DNA of 64,000 bases from the human T2T-CHM13v2.0 reference genome, Homo sapiens. How positions within the stretch are numbered: position 1 is the first letter of the stretch; every line of letters starts with the position of its first letter. This document shows positions 1 through 13,310 of the stretch, piece by piece. A program made the position numbers and the translations under genes. The stretch lies in NCBI RefSeq assembly GCF_009914755.1, contig NC_060945.1; one strand, written 5' to 3'. The notes below the pieces were generated by a model. It saw only the letters and a program-made list of their open reading frames with translations, was not told where the DNA came from and searched no databases.

Positions 1-1528
1 TCCATTACTCAACTTGTTCACCTAAAATGATATGTCAGTATTTTTCCATGAATAATTTGAGAAATTTTACATATTCTGTATGAAGAGTATTCATGAATGA
101 GTCATCCTATTTCTGTCATTGATTTTTATGTGTTGTGTCAAATTGTGGAGAAGACTTTCAAGTGAAAGGAACAAAAACAAGACTGTTTATAGCAGGACTG
201 GTTCTTCAGCTGGGTAATATCAAGTTACCCTGACAGCTTTTTCTGTGATGCTCTTACTCCTCCAGTACTGCCACAAGGCTGGCCCCTGACATCCCTACAC
301 ATCACGGCTTACAAGTTGTGTCATCTGAGAGCATTTTCCACATGCATTTGTTGCTGCAATACACATCTCCCATGTATCATCATTTCATGTTCCTACCTTG
401 AATTTTTTAAAATTGCATTTGTTATTTTAAATTAGAAGAACATCTTTTTTTAACTTACTCATTTTTGGTCTCACCACCAAAATTTAAACTACATAAAGAC
501 ATGGACTACTCTGTCTTTGGTATCCATACTAATTCCCTGACAGGGTCATACTTGCCTACGTGATGAATCGGCTTTATGTTAAGGCACACGTCTTTTGATT
601 CAGAAAATGATATCAATCCAGAATAGAGATCATTTGACCATAAATTTATTTGGATCATATGGGTAAGTTATTTGACTGAAAGAAACCCTCCAAATATGTA
701 CTTCCTCAGGTTATACAAAAGTTCAACAAAGTGTAAAGAACAATTTTGAAAAATGTAAAGTCAAATTTATGTCTTACAATGCCGAAGTTTTTTCTTAAAG
801 TGAGGAAATTTCAGTATAAGATTCAGACAGAAATCTTGATTACAAGGAACAGGCAGAATGTAAGACAATGAAATATAAGACAGTGAAACTGGACTGTTAA
901 CATCTTAGCTACAGAGGCAGCAGTTGTTTAGAAATGATAACCACTTGCTAAGTGGGAATGAAGGCTAAATATTGTCTTATCTTTTGTTTTTGAAAAAAAA
1001 TTAAAACCTAGATATCAATTTAAAGGCCCTATGAATTCAAGTTTTGGAAGTTAACTTTAAACTTTGTGAACAGGCTAAACAATGAAGAGGACTGTAACCC
1101 ATAGGTCTTCAATTTTTAGCCACACAGCTACATGCTCTTATCAATCGACTTAGGGTCCTTTTGGAATTATTTTTACTCACATACACATTATTTTGAGGGC
1201 CATACTAAGAAATAATATATAAAATTCACTTTTGTGGTTTTTATTGTAATAATTAAGCAGCATTGTTTATAACCTTAATATATATTCTTTGAAAAACTTA
1301 ACACAGTCCTTAGTATTTTTACCTTTAGAAATTTGATTTTTTCATTTTTACAAACATTGTGAATTAAGTAATAATGTTCCACTTTGTGATGGCTGCAGAG
1401 AAGCCATCTCTAAGAATCTCAATAGCATATATGAATATAATGACAGAAATGTCAGATAACTTTCATGTATCGCATCACTAAATCTTAACTGAACTTGTGA
1501 TGTACTCCAAATAAACCTCTAAAATATT

Positions 1529-1744
1529 AGCCTTGAACTCCTGGGCTCAAGCAATCCTCCTGCTACGTCCTCCTCAGTAGCTAAGACTACAGCATACCAC
1601 CACACTTAGCTTTTTTTAAATTATTTTTTGTGGAGACAGAGTCTTGCTATGTTGCCCAGATTGGTCTCAAACTCCTGCCCTCAAGCAGTCCTCCCATCTC
1701 AGCCTTCTAAAGTTCTGGGATTAGCATAAGCTACCATGGCCAGC
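1529..1744 (-). mobile_element. AluJ-lineage SINE, 3' part of right arm and tail missing
   Basis: Antisense Alu with J-type motifs (ctcctgggctcaagcaatcctcc; ctatgttgcccag); no poly(T) tail. Confidence 0.85.
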
Positions 1745-1745
1745 T

Positions 1746-2092
1746 CTTTGCCCGTATTTAAATCAGCTTCTTTGTTTGCTTGATTTTGAGATGTTTGAGT
1801 TCCTTATATATATCTTAGATAGTTGCCCCTATTCAGATGTATGATTTGAAAATATATCCTACCATTCCATAGGTTTTTCTCTTCACTCTGTTGATTGTTT
1901 TCTTGAATATGCAGAAGTTTTTTAGCTTAATAAAATCCCATGTGTGTATTTTTGGCTTTTGTTCCCTGTGCTTTCGAGGATTTATCCATAAAATCATTGC
2001 CCAGCCCAAGGTCATGGAGCTTTTCACCTAAGTATTCTAGTAGTGTTACAGTTTCAGTTTACATTTAAGTCTTTGATTTATTTTGAATTGAT
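1746..2092 (-). mobile_element. L1M ORF2 3' fragment
   Basis: ORF 1833..2027 reads like decayed L1 ORF2 C-terminus (KIHTWDFIKLKNFC..KKTINRVKRK). Confidence 0.85.
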
Positions 2093-3094
2093 TCTCATCC
2101 TATGTTCTCAGTGGTGGCAAAGGTTGTTAGAGTCTTCAGTGGTGATGACTGCTGTGGTCCTCCTGATCTCTTATTCTCCCACCAAGGTAGTTGTGGCTGA
2201 GGGGATCCCTCTTGGCAGTAGGTCCGGCGTGCAAGTCCACTTGCAGTAGTGGTGTTACCAGTGTGTGATGAGTAGCATGTATGGAGTGGTCACACAGCTA
2301 CAGTCTGAGCTATGGTATAAGTAGAGGAAACTATGGCTCGGATCTGCAGTGATAATAGCCCTGGTGTCCAGGGTACACGCAGCCCCACTGCCATGTTCGT
2401 AACTATATGTGATGTGCATATGCTTATGAAGCAGCCAGGGAGCCAAGAGCAGGAGCATAGTTATGTGCAGAGTTACAGTGACTCTGGTGTTGGGGTGGAT
2501 TTTAGTTCTTCACAGTAGCTGAGCTGGTGCCTGGAGCACAGGCATGCTCAGAGAGACCTTGGTTTCAGGCCTGGGTTGATAACTAGCTCCCTCACCATAT
2601 TGATGGCTCTGGTTTCAGAAATGTGGGTGTTTGCCGAGCCCAGGTCTGGAGTGTAAGCACTCAAGAGGTAGCCACGGCTTTGGGATTGGGCCCAAGTGGG
2701 GCTGGGAGAGATGGCAGCTCCTTACCCAAAGTGAGGCTGAACAGTGTCTGCTTCTTAGGGAGTTTGGAAAAGATGCCTGAGGTTCCTTGGCAGGAATAGC
2801 TGTTGGTTAACTTAGTGGCAGAAGATGCTGGTGTCTTTTGCAGAGCAGGCTGCCAAGAACTATGGTGGTACCTGCTGTGTGGCTGACACCAATAGCCTCT
2901 GACTTTCTTCTTTCTTCCTATCCATTTTCTAGCATCTCAGGTATGCCAATATAGCCAGAAATCATATCTATGTAGATATTCTCTGGTGATTTGCTCCACT
3001 GTGTGTGTTACAGAAGATTCTTTAATAGGACTTTGAGCTCTCTCAAGGTTATTTTGGTTTGAGGATAGCTCTGTGTGTGTTTATGTGTGTATGT

Positions 3095-3130
<36 letters not shown>

Positions 3131-3185
3131 TTAAGGGGGTTGAAGGTTGGTATCTCCTACTCTGCCGTCTTGGTGATGTTATACC
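2093..3185 (-). mobile_element. L1M-type 5'UTR fragment
   Basis: GC-richer block ending in tactctgccgtcttgg, the reverse complement of the L1 5' start motif caagatggcggagtag. Confidence 0.65.
3072..3128. repeat. (TG)n microsatellite
   Basis: Interrupted then pure TG run. Confidence 0.95.
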
Positions 3186-3384
3186 TCCTTCTGTTTCAAA
3201 ATGCATATATATTGTTTGATCCTAATGGGATCAGTGTTTCATTCCACAAGAATGTCTAACCTTCTCAATGTTATGTGTTTGAAAAGAAATTATCAATTTG
3301 TTTTTTGACTACTATTTTTTGAGCCCCTAACCAATCAAAGTGATTTATAAGTCAATTCATTTAATCTAAAAAAAACTCATAAGT

Positions 3385-3520
3385 ATTATTATGTGTATTT
3401 TACTTCAGAGTAAAGCAAGTCTTAAAGGAGTTAACAACTTACCTAGTATTATCAACTATGGGGAGGAGAGCCAAATTCTAAACAAGGGATTTCAGACTTG
3501 AAAATACATCCTTTTAATCC
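3385..3520 (-). mobile_element. MIR fragment
   Basis: Degenerate antisense MIR core (attttac..ag...gttaacaacttacctag...agagccaaattc). Confidence 0.5.
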
Positions 3521-6088
3521 TCTCCTTATGAAAATGCTGGGTGTCTAATTCAGACCCTGAAGTCCACAACTGCAAATGAGGTTCTTCTATCCACAAAGTG
3601 ATAGACATTAACAGAACAACAAACTTCAATAATTCAGAATATGTGTACTGTCCAGGCTGCCTCGTATATTCTTTTCATATCAAAACTATTAAGATTTATG
3701 ATCTGTTAGCTTCCGTCTTCTCTATTCTTCAAAAACACTCCATTGTTATGATGTTTTCCATGCATTACTTGCCCTAGGTCTCCTGATAACAAAGTAATAT
3801 CTCATATTGCCTTGTTCCAACCATATAAAGGTTTCTGGCCCATAAGAAGTGCTTAGTAAATATTGCTATTTGTTTATCTGATTCTTCATCTGGCAGCTTG
3901 CAATTATTTTTATTATTTCATTTCCAAAATATCCTGTCAATAATTGAATTAATGTTTATGTCTCTGTTCCTATTTCCATTGTGTCAGGAAATAAATGTTT
4001 TAATACAAATGGACTCGTTTATTACTGTGAGTTCCAACGGGAGGGAACTTTCAGACTGATAGTGTTGAAGTTGAGTGCGCTCCTTAAGGCAGGCTGATAT
4101 AATTACTATCCTCGTAGGTCATTGTTGCACTATTATTGTTTTCTATTTCCTGTAGACTCCCCAAGAGAATTTCAGATGTCCATGTGGTAAGTTGACCTTA
4201 AGTGTACAAATTCTCACTATTATTTTTCTGAGTTCAAAAATGTAAACACTGTGTAGATACTTTTTATTAAATTGATTTTATAGCAAACAGTATAATAGTA
4301 AGTAGAATCATGGAGGCAACTTTTCTAAAACAATGTTTTATTACTCATGATTCTGTTTTTTCACACACATAACATAATGTGCACGACTGTCACTGAGACT
4401 CCAAAACACTGATCTAATAAAAAGTTTAACAAATAATAAGATCAAGACATTTGAAGCATGTTGTTTAACTTTATTGATTCACTGAAATAGCAGCCACCAC
4501 TGCCCTCACATTATAGATCCAATGAAACTAATGGCATATCCATGAAAGGTTTAAACCCCCTCCCTTAGTGATTTGAAAAACAAAAAAATACATACAGAAT
4601 ATATAATACTCTATTTTAGTACCTTATAATCACAAAAAATCATAGCATTTTTCTTTCAGAAATAACTTATAAAATAGTGAAAAATAATTAGGTAATACAA
4701 CTAATTTATCCTAGCTGCCAAACTGTCCTTTAGCCTATATAGTAATAAATTTGGAATTAAATGCTGAACTTCAAGACGTAGTACTAAATATTTTAGGACC
4801 ATATCAGCTGATCACGAGCTCAAATGCATACGGTGTTAAATCATAATAAATATGATCACTTTAAAGTGTACGTATACTTTAGTTTTAATAGCAGAAACAA
4901 AAATAACCTATTGAATATAATCATTTTTTTCTAACATTCCAGAATTTACATGGCAAAGAAAGTACTTTGTAATTTTGCTTGAAATGTCCAGTAAATCAGA
5001 AGAGAATGACTGAATAAGCACATTTATGTGTGTACGTGTGTATGTTAAAAATATAAATCAACTATTCTTAAGAATACCAAAGTATGAGAACAGAACACTA
5101 TATTACAATTTGATAAAAATCTTTATCACTTAATAATACATACCAACTTGAACTCGTGCTACATTATAATTTTTTTCATTCATCAAATGACTAACCAATA
5201 TGTCATTAAATAAAGAACCTAATGTTCTATGTATCTTCATTTAAAATAAACATAAAAATATGTTAAAGGAATAGTTGTTCAAAGCATAAAATTTATTTGA
5301 AATGCAAAATTGAACAAATAAACTTCTTACTTTTGTGGATGAATTCACTGCTTACCAGAATTCAATCAATTGAATACATTTACCTTACAAAAGAAATGCT
5401 CTAGTAAACAGTGAATGGCTCATTTTAACATTGTAAAGGTTACAAAAGTCACCATGCTGTGCTACAGAGAAACATTTAATACAGTGAAAAAGAAAAAACA
5501 GAAATCATCTTTACCAACAATTACTACACTTTTCATTGCAATGTCAGAGGGGTTTTTTGAAATAACTTTTTTTTAAATAGGGTAAATGCTTATCCCTACT
5601 GAGGTTAGGCAGTGCACTGGAGTGTTACATAAAGAAAATCTATTGGCCTTTTAGTTGTGGAAATGGGCTCTATATTCCAGAGAAATGCAGCTGTAAAATA
5701 CTAAAAGTAAACTGAACTAAAGGAATTTCTTCCGACAACCCATGTCAAACAAGTAAGAGGCATATTTAATTGCTGTTTGAATCATTTATAACTATTGTCA
5801 TGATGTAATGTATCCTGGCAATTACAGCCAGCTTTTTTCATTAGGTTTTCAGACTTAATTTCAGAAAATGAATTCATATTTAAAGCACAGAGCACCTGGT
5901 CTATGACTAAGCATTGCATCAATACAAACAATTGGACTGTTTGATGAGAGGAACATGCTTCTGGATTTAGTTGGCATTTTGTGACTACGGCTGCTAATTG
6001 CTAAATGGCTTGGCTGGTTTGACAAACTGACAATGATCCATGTATTTAAACTCTCTTTTTAGCTCTGTAGATCTTGCTCTGTATTGCG

Positions 6089-6240
6089 TGTGAGTTTTCA
6101 GAGTTGTTCCAAAGCCCAAATAACAGAAATTTATAGTAATTTAGAATAGTTTTAGAAACAAAATGTGAGTTTTCAAAGTTGTTGCAAAGCCCAAACAAAT
6201 TAGAAATTTGCAGAGTAATTTAGAATAGTTTTAGGAACAA
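6089..6240. repeat. Two-copy ~75-bp tandem duplication
   Basis: tgtgagttttca.agttgtt.caaagcccaaa...agtaatttagaatagtttta starts at 6089 and again at 6164. Confidence 0.9.
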
Positions 6241-6659
6241 TAGTGTCTAAGGTTCAGGCTGTAAACTAATTGGTTCATATCTTTGTAAGGACTTCAGAGG
6301 GCAAAAATTAGGATCAGAAATTCAAAGTGAAAGTATCTTCAGAAAGTCTTAAAAATAACAGGAATATTATTATTAGATGGTTACGTTAATGGTATATGCG
6401 ATTTGTTTATCAACAAGTTCTATGTTTATGTTTCAACATATGTAATTCAGTCTTCCCAAGAAAAAAAATATTTACTTTTACATAGATATATTGATTAAAG
6501 GAATTACACATTTATGTTTCTAAAACACTTTCTTACCTATAATCTCATTTAATATCTACAACAGCATAAAGTAAATATTGTTGTTATTAGTATTCTATTT
6601 ATAGATTAGGCATAGAAAAAGATATTTTAAATGTCCTCCTGAACTGTTCCTTTATTTAT

Positions 6660-6828
6660 TTCCCTTCTTCTCTATGTTTAGTTTGAGGGTCCATAGCATC
6701 TACATCTCTGGGAAGCTTGTAAGAAATGCAGAATATTGGGCTCTATCAAATAACTACTGCATTAGAATCTGAATTTTTAATAAGACTCCTAAGTGGTTCA
6801 TATAGACATTAAAGTTTGAATAGCAGTG
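6660..6828. mobile_element. MER5A-like hAT-Charlie MITE
   Basis: ctgggaagcttgtaagaaatgcagaat...agaatctgaatttttaataagact...cattaaagtttga, typical MER5A body. Confidence 0.7.
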
Positions 6829-7140
6829 ATGTAAATTACATAAAGGTAATCTTTTAGTGGTTTGAAAATAAATATTGGCCTCTGATATTAAACCTTCATC
6901 CTATGCACGATGGCACAGAGCAGATCTCATTCACAACATATAAATACCCATATTTTTTCCTGGACATATAACTGGGTCACATTTCTATACTGTGATTAGC
7001 ATATCAGGAGACACATTAATAATTAGTATTCCCTTAACTACGTAATCCAGAAGAGAATATAAAACCATATCAAGTTACATGAAAAACAGGGCTACTAAAT
7101 TAAGTGGTTTAAAAGTGGTAAAAAAAATTAAGGACTACTG

Positions 7141-7620
7141 TGTGCTAAGCCAGCTTACCACGCCTTGGTTATTGATTTGCAATTTTTACTATTTGAACCA
7201 GCCTGGTAAGACAGAACGTTCACACACCAGGTTAAGCGAAACAACTTTATTACTCACAGATAGGTAACAAGTGGCAATGGAAGCCTAGGATTTATGGCAA
7301 GCTGATCCTGCAAGGCTCAGGAGAACTTCCCAGGGTAAATGGACTCTTGTCTGCATGTGCTCCATGTTGTACCACAGCTAAGAGACCCCAAAAGCAATGA
7401 GCTGTGGGTTTTATGCCCAGGGGTCACTGAATTCATTGAGCTACAGTGTTGAGCTGTATCCCGTTCTAAGGACAGAACAGAGCCCAGGCTGTTCCAAATA
7501 GTTCCTCCGTACATCCGGATGTCGCATTCCTAGAACACTCTACATTATTCTGAGAAGTACAAACAAGAAAGGAGGGGAAAGAGCTAGGCTGGTTGTGGCC
7601 ATCTGGGAACCTGTCCTGCA
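7141..7620 (-). mobile_element. ERVL-class solo LTR (MER54/MER74/LTR47 group)
   Basis: Minus strand begins tgcaggacaggttcccagatggcc, contains ttctcagaataatgtagagtgttctaggaatgc and an AATAAA, and ends in ca; homologous to the LTR at 51274-52023. Confidence 0.7.
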
Positions 7621-7630
7621 TGAAGAAAAA

Positions 7631-7688
7631 CACACACACACACATACACACACAAAAAAAAACAAAAGAGAGAGAGAGAGAAAGAGAA
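7631..7688. repeat. Compound (CA)n-An-(GA)n microsatellite
   Basis: Directly visible. Confidence 0.9.
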
Positions 7689-7917
7689 ATTACAATCAGC
7701 TGAATTAGACAAAAATTGTTAAGAAAGCTTAATTTGAATTTGAAATTGAAGATAAATACAATGTCAACAGATACCTAAGAAGTGTTTCCTAGGGTGTAAG
7801 CAAAAGTCCAGATGTAAGGGAAAGGTATTTTTGTTTTGCTTTTTTTCCCTTGGGTGAATAAGTAGTCTGTTAGCTCAACTATGTTACACAATGGAAAGTT
7901 AAGAAATTCAACTGGTA

Positions 7918-8215
7918 CGCCGGGCACGGTGGCTCACGCCTGTAATCCCAGCACTTTGGGAGGCTGAGGTGGGTGGATCACAAGGTCAGGAGTTCCAGAC
8001 CAGCCTGGCCAAGATGGTGAAACCCCGTCTCTACTAAAAATACAAAAATTAGCCAGGCACTGTGGCAGGCACCTGTAATCCGAGCTACTCGGGAGACTGA
8101 GGTGGATAATTGCTTGAACCCGGGAGGCAGAGGTTGCAGTGAGCCAAGATGTTGCCACTGCACTCCAGCCTGGGAGACGGAGTGAGACTCTGTCTCAAAA
8201 ATAAAATAAAATAAA
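7918..8215 (+). mobile_element. AluS (Sg/Sx3-like), full length
   Basis: Dimeric Alu with (AAAAT)n tail; TSD aagaaattcaactggta / aagaaatacaactgaca. Confidence 0.95.
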
Positions 8216-8776
8216 AAGAAATACAACTGACAAAGTAAATGGGGTGATATTTGATTAAGAGTCTGGAAATCTCCTTAAGGTGTTTCCACTTTATTAGGTA
8301 TCGTGATTCTTTAATGATTTTCATTAAGAGACCGATGTGATTGTAACAAGGTTTTCACAAGATCTGTGCATTGTTTGTAAAAAGAATGCAACAAAGGATA
8401 GAGAAAATGTTGAGGAAACAGCTTTCTCTTGAATCATCCAGGATATGAATGGGGATAGTGGTAGTAAGAGTAGATGAAAAGATTATTAGAAATAAATGTT
8501 GGAAATGGAGAACTACAATATTGAGTGCCAGTTGGGTGAGATAAATGAAGAAGAACACCGAATAAAAGTTAATTAAGTGGGTTTTAATTTTGCTTGAGAG
8601 ATAATGGGCAAGGCATGAACAGAAATTAACAAATCAGAAAAAAATCAGTTTGGGACATATTGATATAAATTGGTCAGCTTTAGGATATTTAGTGTGTCTA
8701 TGTTTCTATGATAATGAATGAGAGGAGAAAAACATATCATTTATGTATCTGAGAGTTATCAATAAAAAAAAATTTA

Positions 8777-9187
<411 letters not shown>

Positions 9188-9309
9188 CTATCAGCATCCC
9201 AGTCAAAAATCTTACTGATTTTGAAATTTATTACATCTAATTATGGCATCCTTTTTTTTTTCACAGTTAAACAAGTTGTTAAAAGCTGGCTTTCCTCACT
9301 CTAATAAAT

Positions 9310-9705
9310 GTAACAAAACAGCAAGGGCCACTGCCACATCCATTCTTTCTTCTCTCCTAAGTATAGAACTTGCTTTCCCTTTGGCATTAATAGCCTCCCC
9401 CTACACCCCCGCAAAAATTTCTGCAACTTTCTTTGCAGCAGCTAGTGTCATGTAACACAATTTTTTACCAATAAGATAAAGGAAGATGTTCCTGGGAGCC
9501 TTTTAAGGGGAATGTATTGATTTGACATGAGCCTCATTTGTGTTTTACCATCTTTCTTACGAAATATCAACTTTATGGCTGGATTTCTGGCTGCCACCTT
9601 TCAAATATAAAAATGAGGATATAACAAATGAACAGATGCAAATGATGGTAAAAGGGACTGATTTGCTTTGAAAGTATCTTGATGCCACAGCATCCATCCT
9701 AGATT
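9310..9705 (+). mobile_element. Old ERVL LTR (LTR33/LTR16-like); probably resumes at ~11467-11517 after the L1 insertions
   Basis: ctttgcagcagctagtgtcatgtaacacaatt..ccaataagat motif; terminal-like aattcctaattgata near 11503-11517. Confidence 0.45.
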
Positions 9706-9719
9706 TCCTTTTTAAAATT

Positions 9720-10372
9720 TTTCTAAATATGCTTTTTGGTTACATGTATGTTTCCTTTAGAAAAGCGTCTGTTCATGTCCTTTGCCCATTTTGGATTTTT
9801 TTATTGTAAATTTGTTTAAGTTCCTTATAAATGCTAGACACTAGACTTTGTTATATACAAAGATTGCAAATATTTTCTCCCATGCTGTAGGTTGTCTGTT
9901 TACTCTGTCAATAGTTTTCTTTTGCTGTGCAGAAGCTCTTAAGTTTAATTAGAACCCATTTGTTGATTTTTGCTTTTGTTGCAATTGCTCTTGGCATCTT
10001 CATCATGAGATTTTTGCACATTGCTAAGTCCTGAATTGTATTGCTTAGGTTGTCTTCTACCGTTTTTATAGCTTTGGGTGTTATAGTTTTTAATCCATCT
10101 TGAGTTGATTTTTGTATATGGTGTAAGGAAGGGTCCAGTTTCAATTTTCTGCATATGGCTAGCCAGTCACCCAAGCACCATTTCTTCAACAGAAACTTTT
10201 TTCTGCATTGCTTGTTTTTGTCAGCTTTGTTGAAGAGCAGATGGTTGTAGGTGGGCAGCCTTATTTCCGGGCTCTGTATTCTGTTCCATTGTTCTATGTG
10301 TCTGTTTATGTGCCAGTACAATGCTGTTTTTGTTACTGTAGCCCTGTAGTATAATTTGAAGTCTGATAACAT
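9720..10372 (-). mobile_element. L1PA/PB ORF2 segment: inverted 5' part of a twin-primed L1
   Basis: ORF 9908..10372 [27 protein letters not shown] is an L1 ORF2 remnant, frameshifted. Confidence 0.92.
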
Positions 10373-10383
10373 TAAGTTTCAGA

Positions 10384-11129
10384 AGAAAAGCTCAATATCA
10401 CTGATCATTAGAGAAATGCAAATCAAAACCACAGTGAGATACCATCTCATACCAGTCACAATGGCTATTATTAAAAAGAACAGATACTGGCGAGGTTACA
10501 GAGAAAAGGGAACACTTGTACACTGTTGATGAGAGTTTTCATAAGTTCAAACATTGTGGAAAGCAGTGTGGCAATTAATCAAAGGGCTAAAAACAGAAAA
10601 TTCGACCTAGCAATCCCATTACTGAGTATATACCCAAAGGAATATAAATCATTCTTCCATAAAGACACACACACGCATATGTTCATTGCAGCACTATTCA
10701 AAATAACAAAGGTGTGGAATCAACCTAATGCCATCAGTGCTGATTGGATAAAGAAAACGTGGGACATATGCACCATGGACTACTTCACAACCATAGAAAA
10801 GAAGGAGATCATGTCCTATGCAGGAACATGGATGGAGCTGGAGGTCATTATCCTTAGCAAACTAATGTGGAAACAGGAAACCAAATAATGCATGTTTTCA
10901 CTTATAAGTGGGAGCTAAATGATGAGAACACTTGGATACAAAGAGGGAACAACAGCCACTGAGGCCAACTTGAGGACAGAGAGTGGGAGGAAGGTGAGGA
11001 TCAGAAAAATACTAGGCTTAATACTCAAGTGATGAAATAATCTGTAAAACAAACCCCCATAACATGCATTTACCTGTATAACAAATCTGCATATGTATTC
11101 TTGAACCTAAAATAAAAGTAAAAAAAAAA
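10384..11129 (+). mobile_element. L1 3' end (L1PA15/16-L1PB-like) with poly(A)
   Basis: ORF2 C-terminus (IYPKEYKSFFHKDT.T.MFIAALF...WMELEVIILSKL), 3'UTR and A-tail. Confidence 0.92.
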
Positions 11130-11159
11130 ATGAAGTTCCTACAAATAAAACAATTTTTA

Positions 11160-11466
11160 AACATGGATGGAAATGGAGGCCATTATCCATTGCAGACTAA
11201 TGCAAGAACAGAAAACCAAATATCTCATGTTCTCACTTATAAGTGGGAGCTACATGATGAGAACACATGGACACGTAGAGGGAAAAAACACACACAGGGG
11301 CCTATTGGCAGGTGGAAGGTGGGAGGAGGGAGAGGATCAGGAAAATAACTAATGGGTACTGACTTTAAACTTGGGTGATGAAATAATCTGTACAACAAAT
11401 CCCCATGACAAATGTTTACCTATGTAACAAATCTGTGCTTGTACACCTGAACTTAAAAGTTAAAAC
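11160..11466 (+). mobile_element. Second short L1 3' end (L1PA13-16-like)
   Basis: acatggatgg...tgttctcacttataagtgggagc...cctgaacttaaaagtt; taaaacaatt occurs on both sides (possible TSD). Confidence 0.88.
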
Positions 11467-13057
11467 AATTATGTAAACCACTGTTTTCTCTTAGCTAAGT
11501 TCAATTCCTAATTGATAAAATTAACTCAATGTGTTTTTGACCCTATCTTAGTCAATCTGAATATGCAGACTCTATATCATTATGGGCAATGTGTACATTT
11601 CAAGGGAAAGGAATGTTGGTGTACCACACTGAGCTGCATAATCAATGTGGCTTAACAATGTGTTAAACTAGGTGTAGATTTTAAAGAAAGGTGTGGTTTT
11701 TAGATGACAGGTGTATTTATGACGGTAGTATTACTTCAGTTTCTGTTCCAATTGTCTTATGTTGGTAGGAGCAAACATGAATTCCATCCTAGCAACCACA
11801 GCATCAATTACAGGTACCAGCTGAGAAAGCATAACATCCTAAAGTTCCTTGATTTTATATTCCTATCATGCTGGGCTACTGTGCTGTGAAATGCATGCAG
11901 ATCTATTAGGGGGTGATAAAAAGCAACATGATTAACAGGTGATTTATATCCTTTGAGATTGACGGCATATAGAGAATAGTGACAAATGGGGGATCTAGTT
12001 GGATTGAGACAGATTATATTAAAAATAAAAAGCCTGATTACTTATCTTGTGTAATTCATCATTCTTACCTTCATCAGTTATCTCCCCTTCTCCCTGCACA
12101 GTAACCAGCGATGCTAACTCCCACCCTCACTCCCAAAAAAGTACATGCTTGACTTACATGACTTATACTATTAGAGAAAATTCAGGTTTTACTGTTCAGG
12201 AACATGTAAAAGTCCCCAAATTATACTCTGCAAATGATGATATTATAAAAATATTCAAATTGTATGGGGGAATTTAAAAAGTCCAACTCATATTGCAAGT
12301 GCATTTGCCTTATCCATTCAAAACCCCAGTCAAACATAACTAGGAGCTGATATATCAATGCTTCATACAATCCAGGTGAAAAAATTATCTGACTTTTATT
12401 TAAAAATGTGCAAAAATAATAAAATTCAGATTTTTGAACACCATACTAGACCGACTGTATCAGCATATTTAGAGGTGGTAACTAAACATTTTAAATTAAA
12501 GTAAAACAAAATGAAGACTCTTTTAGTTGGTCTTGGATTTTTAGAAACAATAATAGCTATGTAATAAACTTTTTTAGTATTTCAAAATTTGGGCACCTTT
12601 GCATTTTCACCATTACATAAAAATTCATTAGTTTAATATTGTCATGAAGTCTTTTCCAAATACTTCAAAATCTTATTTTAAAACTAAGTAATTTTGCAAT
12701 AATTAACACTCTTCAGTCTCATATAGTAAAACTCGTGAGCATAATTATCAGCATCAGCAATTTCTAAAAATTTGTTAAGCTTACTTTTAAGCATCTGATC
12801 AATTCAGCATATTCTCTTCAAACATTCCAAGCAAATTGATTTTTACTATTTTTTTAATAAATGGTATTCAAAATTTTAAGATTGTATTTAAATTGTCAGA
12901 AATGAGGGCAATAATGCAAACTCTCAAAGGATATAGAATCTCATAAGCACAAATGAATCTATTTTAATGATGGTTAGTTGGTGGAGGCTTCAGATGATTT
13001 CAGTTGTGTTGTTATCTCTGTTGTCTGCATGACCTAATAGCAGAAGAACTTCACTGT

Positions 13058-13310
13058 GAGAGAAGAAAAGAAGGAAGGAAAGAAGGAAGGCAGAGAAAGG
13101 AAGAGAGAAAGAAAGAAAGAGAGAGAGCGAAAAAAGAAGAAAAAAAGAAGCAAAAGAAAGAAAGAGAAAGAAAAAGAAAGAAAGAAAGGAAAGAAAAGGA
13201 AGGAAAGAAAGGAAAGAAAAAGAAAGAAAAAGAGAAAGAAAGAAAAAGAGAAGAGAGAAATAAAGAGAGAAAGGAAGGAAGGGAAAGAAAGAAAAGAAAA
13301 GAAAGAAAAC
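13058..13310 (+). repeat. ~250-bp polypurine (GAAA/GGAA) low-complexity tract
   Basis: Almost exclusively G/A on the + strand. Confidence 0.95.

Noticed and set aside
9908-10888. Longest ORFs (154 and 120 aa) as host genes or an active L1
   Set aside because: Frameshifted fragments of L1 ORF2 in a 5'-truncated element.
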